Part shown: positions 6,976 to 7,487 of the stretch, in pieces
Layout: every line of letters begins with the position of its first letter
Numbering within the stretch: the stretch's first letter is position 1
Source of the DNA: Octopus sinensis
Lineage: Eukaryota
Length of the DNA: 7,487 nt
NCBI RefSeq assembly: GCF_006345805.1
Contig: NW_021828869.1
Span: 1 to 7,487, forward strand
Direction of reading: 5' to 3'
Made by a program: the position numbers and the translations under genes
The notes under the pieces: model-generated
What the model saw: the letters and a program-made list of their open reading frames with translations, nothing else
The model's database searches: none
What the model was told of the DNA's origin: nothing

Positions 6976-7340
6976 ACAGAGCGAGAGAGAGACAGACAGA
7001 GCGAGAGAGAGACAGACAGAGCGAGAGAGATACAGACAGAGCGAGAGAGAGACAGACAGAGCGAGAGAGAGACAGACAGAGCGAGAGAGACAGACAGAGC
7101 GAGAGAGAGACAGACAGAGCGAGAGAGAGACAGACAGAGCGAGAGAGAGACAGACAGAGCGAGAGAGAGACAGACAGAGCGAGAGAGATACAGACAGAGC
7201 GAGAGAGAGACAGACAGAGCGAGAGAGAGACAGACTGAGCGAGAGAGATACAGACTGAGCGAGAGAGAGAGAGGGAGACAGAGACAGAGAGAGGGAGACA
7301 GAGACAGAGAGAGGGAGACAGAGAGAGAGAGAGAGAGAGG
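6976..7340. repeat. Purine-rich 20-bp minisatellite (GCGAGAGAGAGACAGACAGA) x15, then a GAGGGAGACA variant and (GA)n
   Basis: GCGAG recurs at 6981-7081 every 20 nt, after one 18-nt unit, and at 7099-7259 every 20 nt. Confidence 0.98.
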
Positions 7341-7487
7341 AAAACAGAAACGGTCGGCTGTCGCTCATGTAACATAGAGCTTAAAAGTTTTCTGTCAACG
7401 GTGATTTAATACAGTATATATTACTGCAGTGATTCTCATGGGTGGAGAGAAGCTGTCAGGCTCCTTGGCAAGGGAGGGCTATGAGAA

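Noticed and set aside
2751-7340. Regularly spaced repeats as a CRISPR array
   Set aside because: Spacers are simple repeats rather than unique sequence, the context is eukaryotic and there are no cas genes.
6917-7375. ORFs 6917..7375, 6922..7368 and 6927..7238 (SL/ER-rich)
   Set aside because: Translations of the 20-bp GA minisatellite.

Overview
Non-coding, repeat-saturated eukaryotic DNA, almost certainly from an octopus or other coleoid cephalopod (judged from SINE families recalled from octopus, not from a database search), probably intronic or intergenic. No protein-coding gene can be supported. Nearly all supplied ORFs are translations of microsatellites or SINEs; 320..523 and 964..1158 are largely so. 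The window holds compound AT/TG/AC microsatellites, two minisatellites and eight tRNA-derived SINE copies or fragments from four families (here A-D), seven of them on the minus strand. The most interesting structure is at 4211-5280. One older family-C SINE appears split at its internal microsatellite by about 460 bp of inserted sequence. That insert carries a decayed minimal type I hammerhead ribozyme fold (4966-5001) typical of Penelope-like elements and retrozymes, with three of five inferred lesions being CpG->CpA. Also notable: a 184-bp tandem duplication of a Meta-like SINE, a B-box-deleted SINE facing a full-length copy as an inverted pair, and a few weak exon or regulatory candidates.
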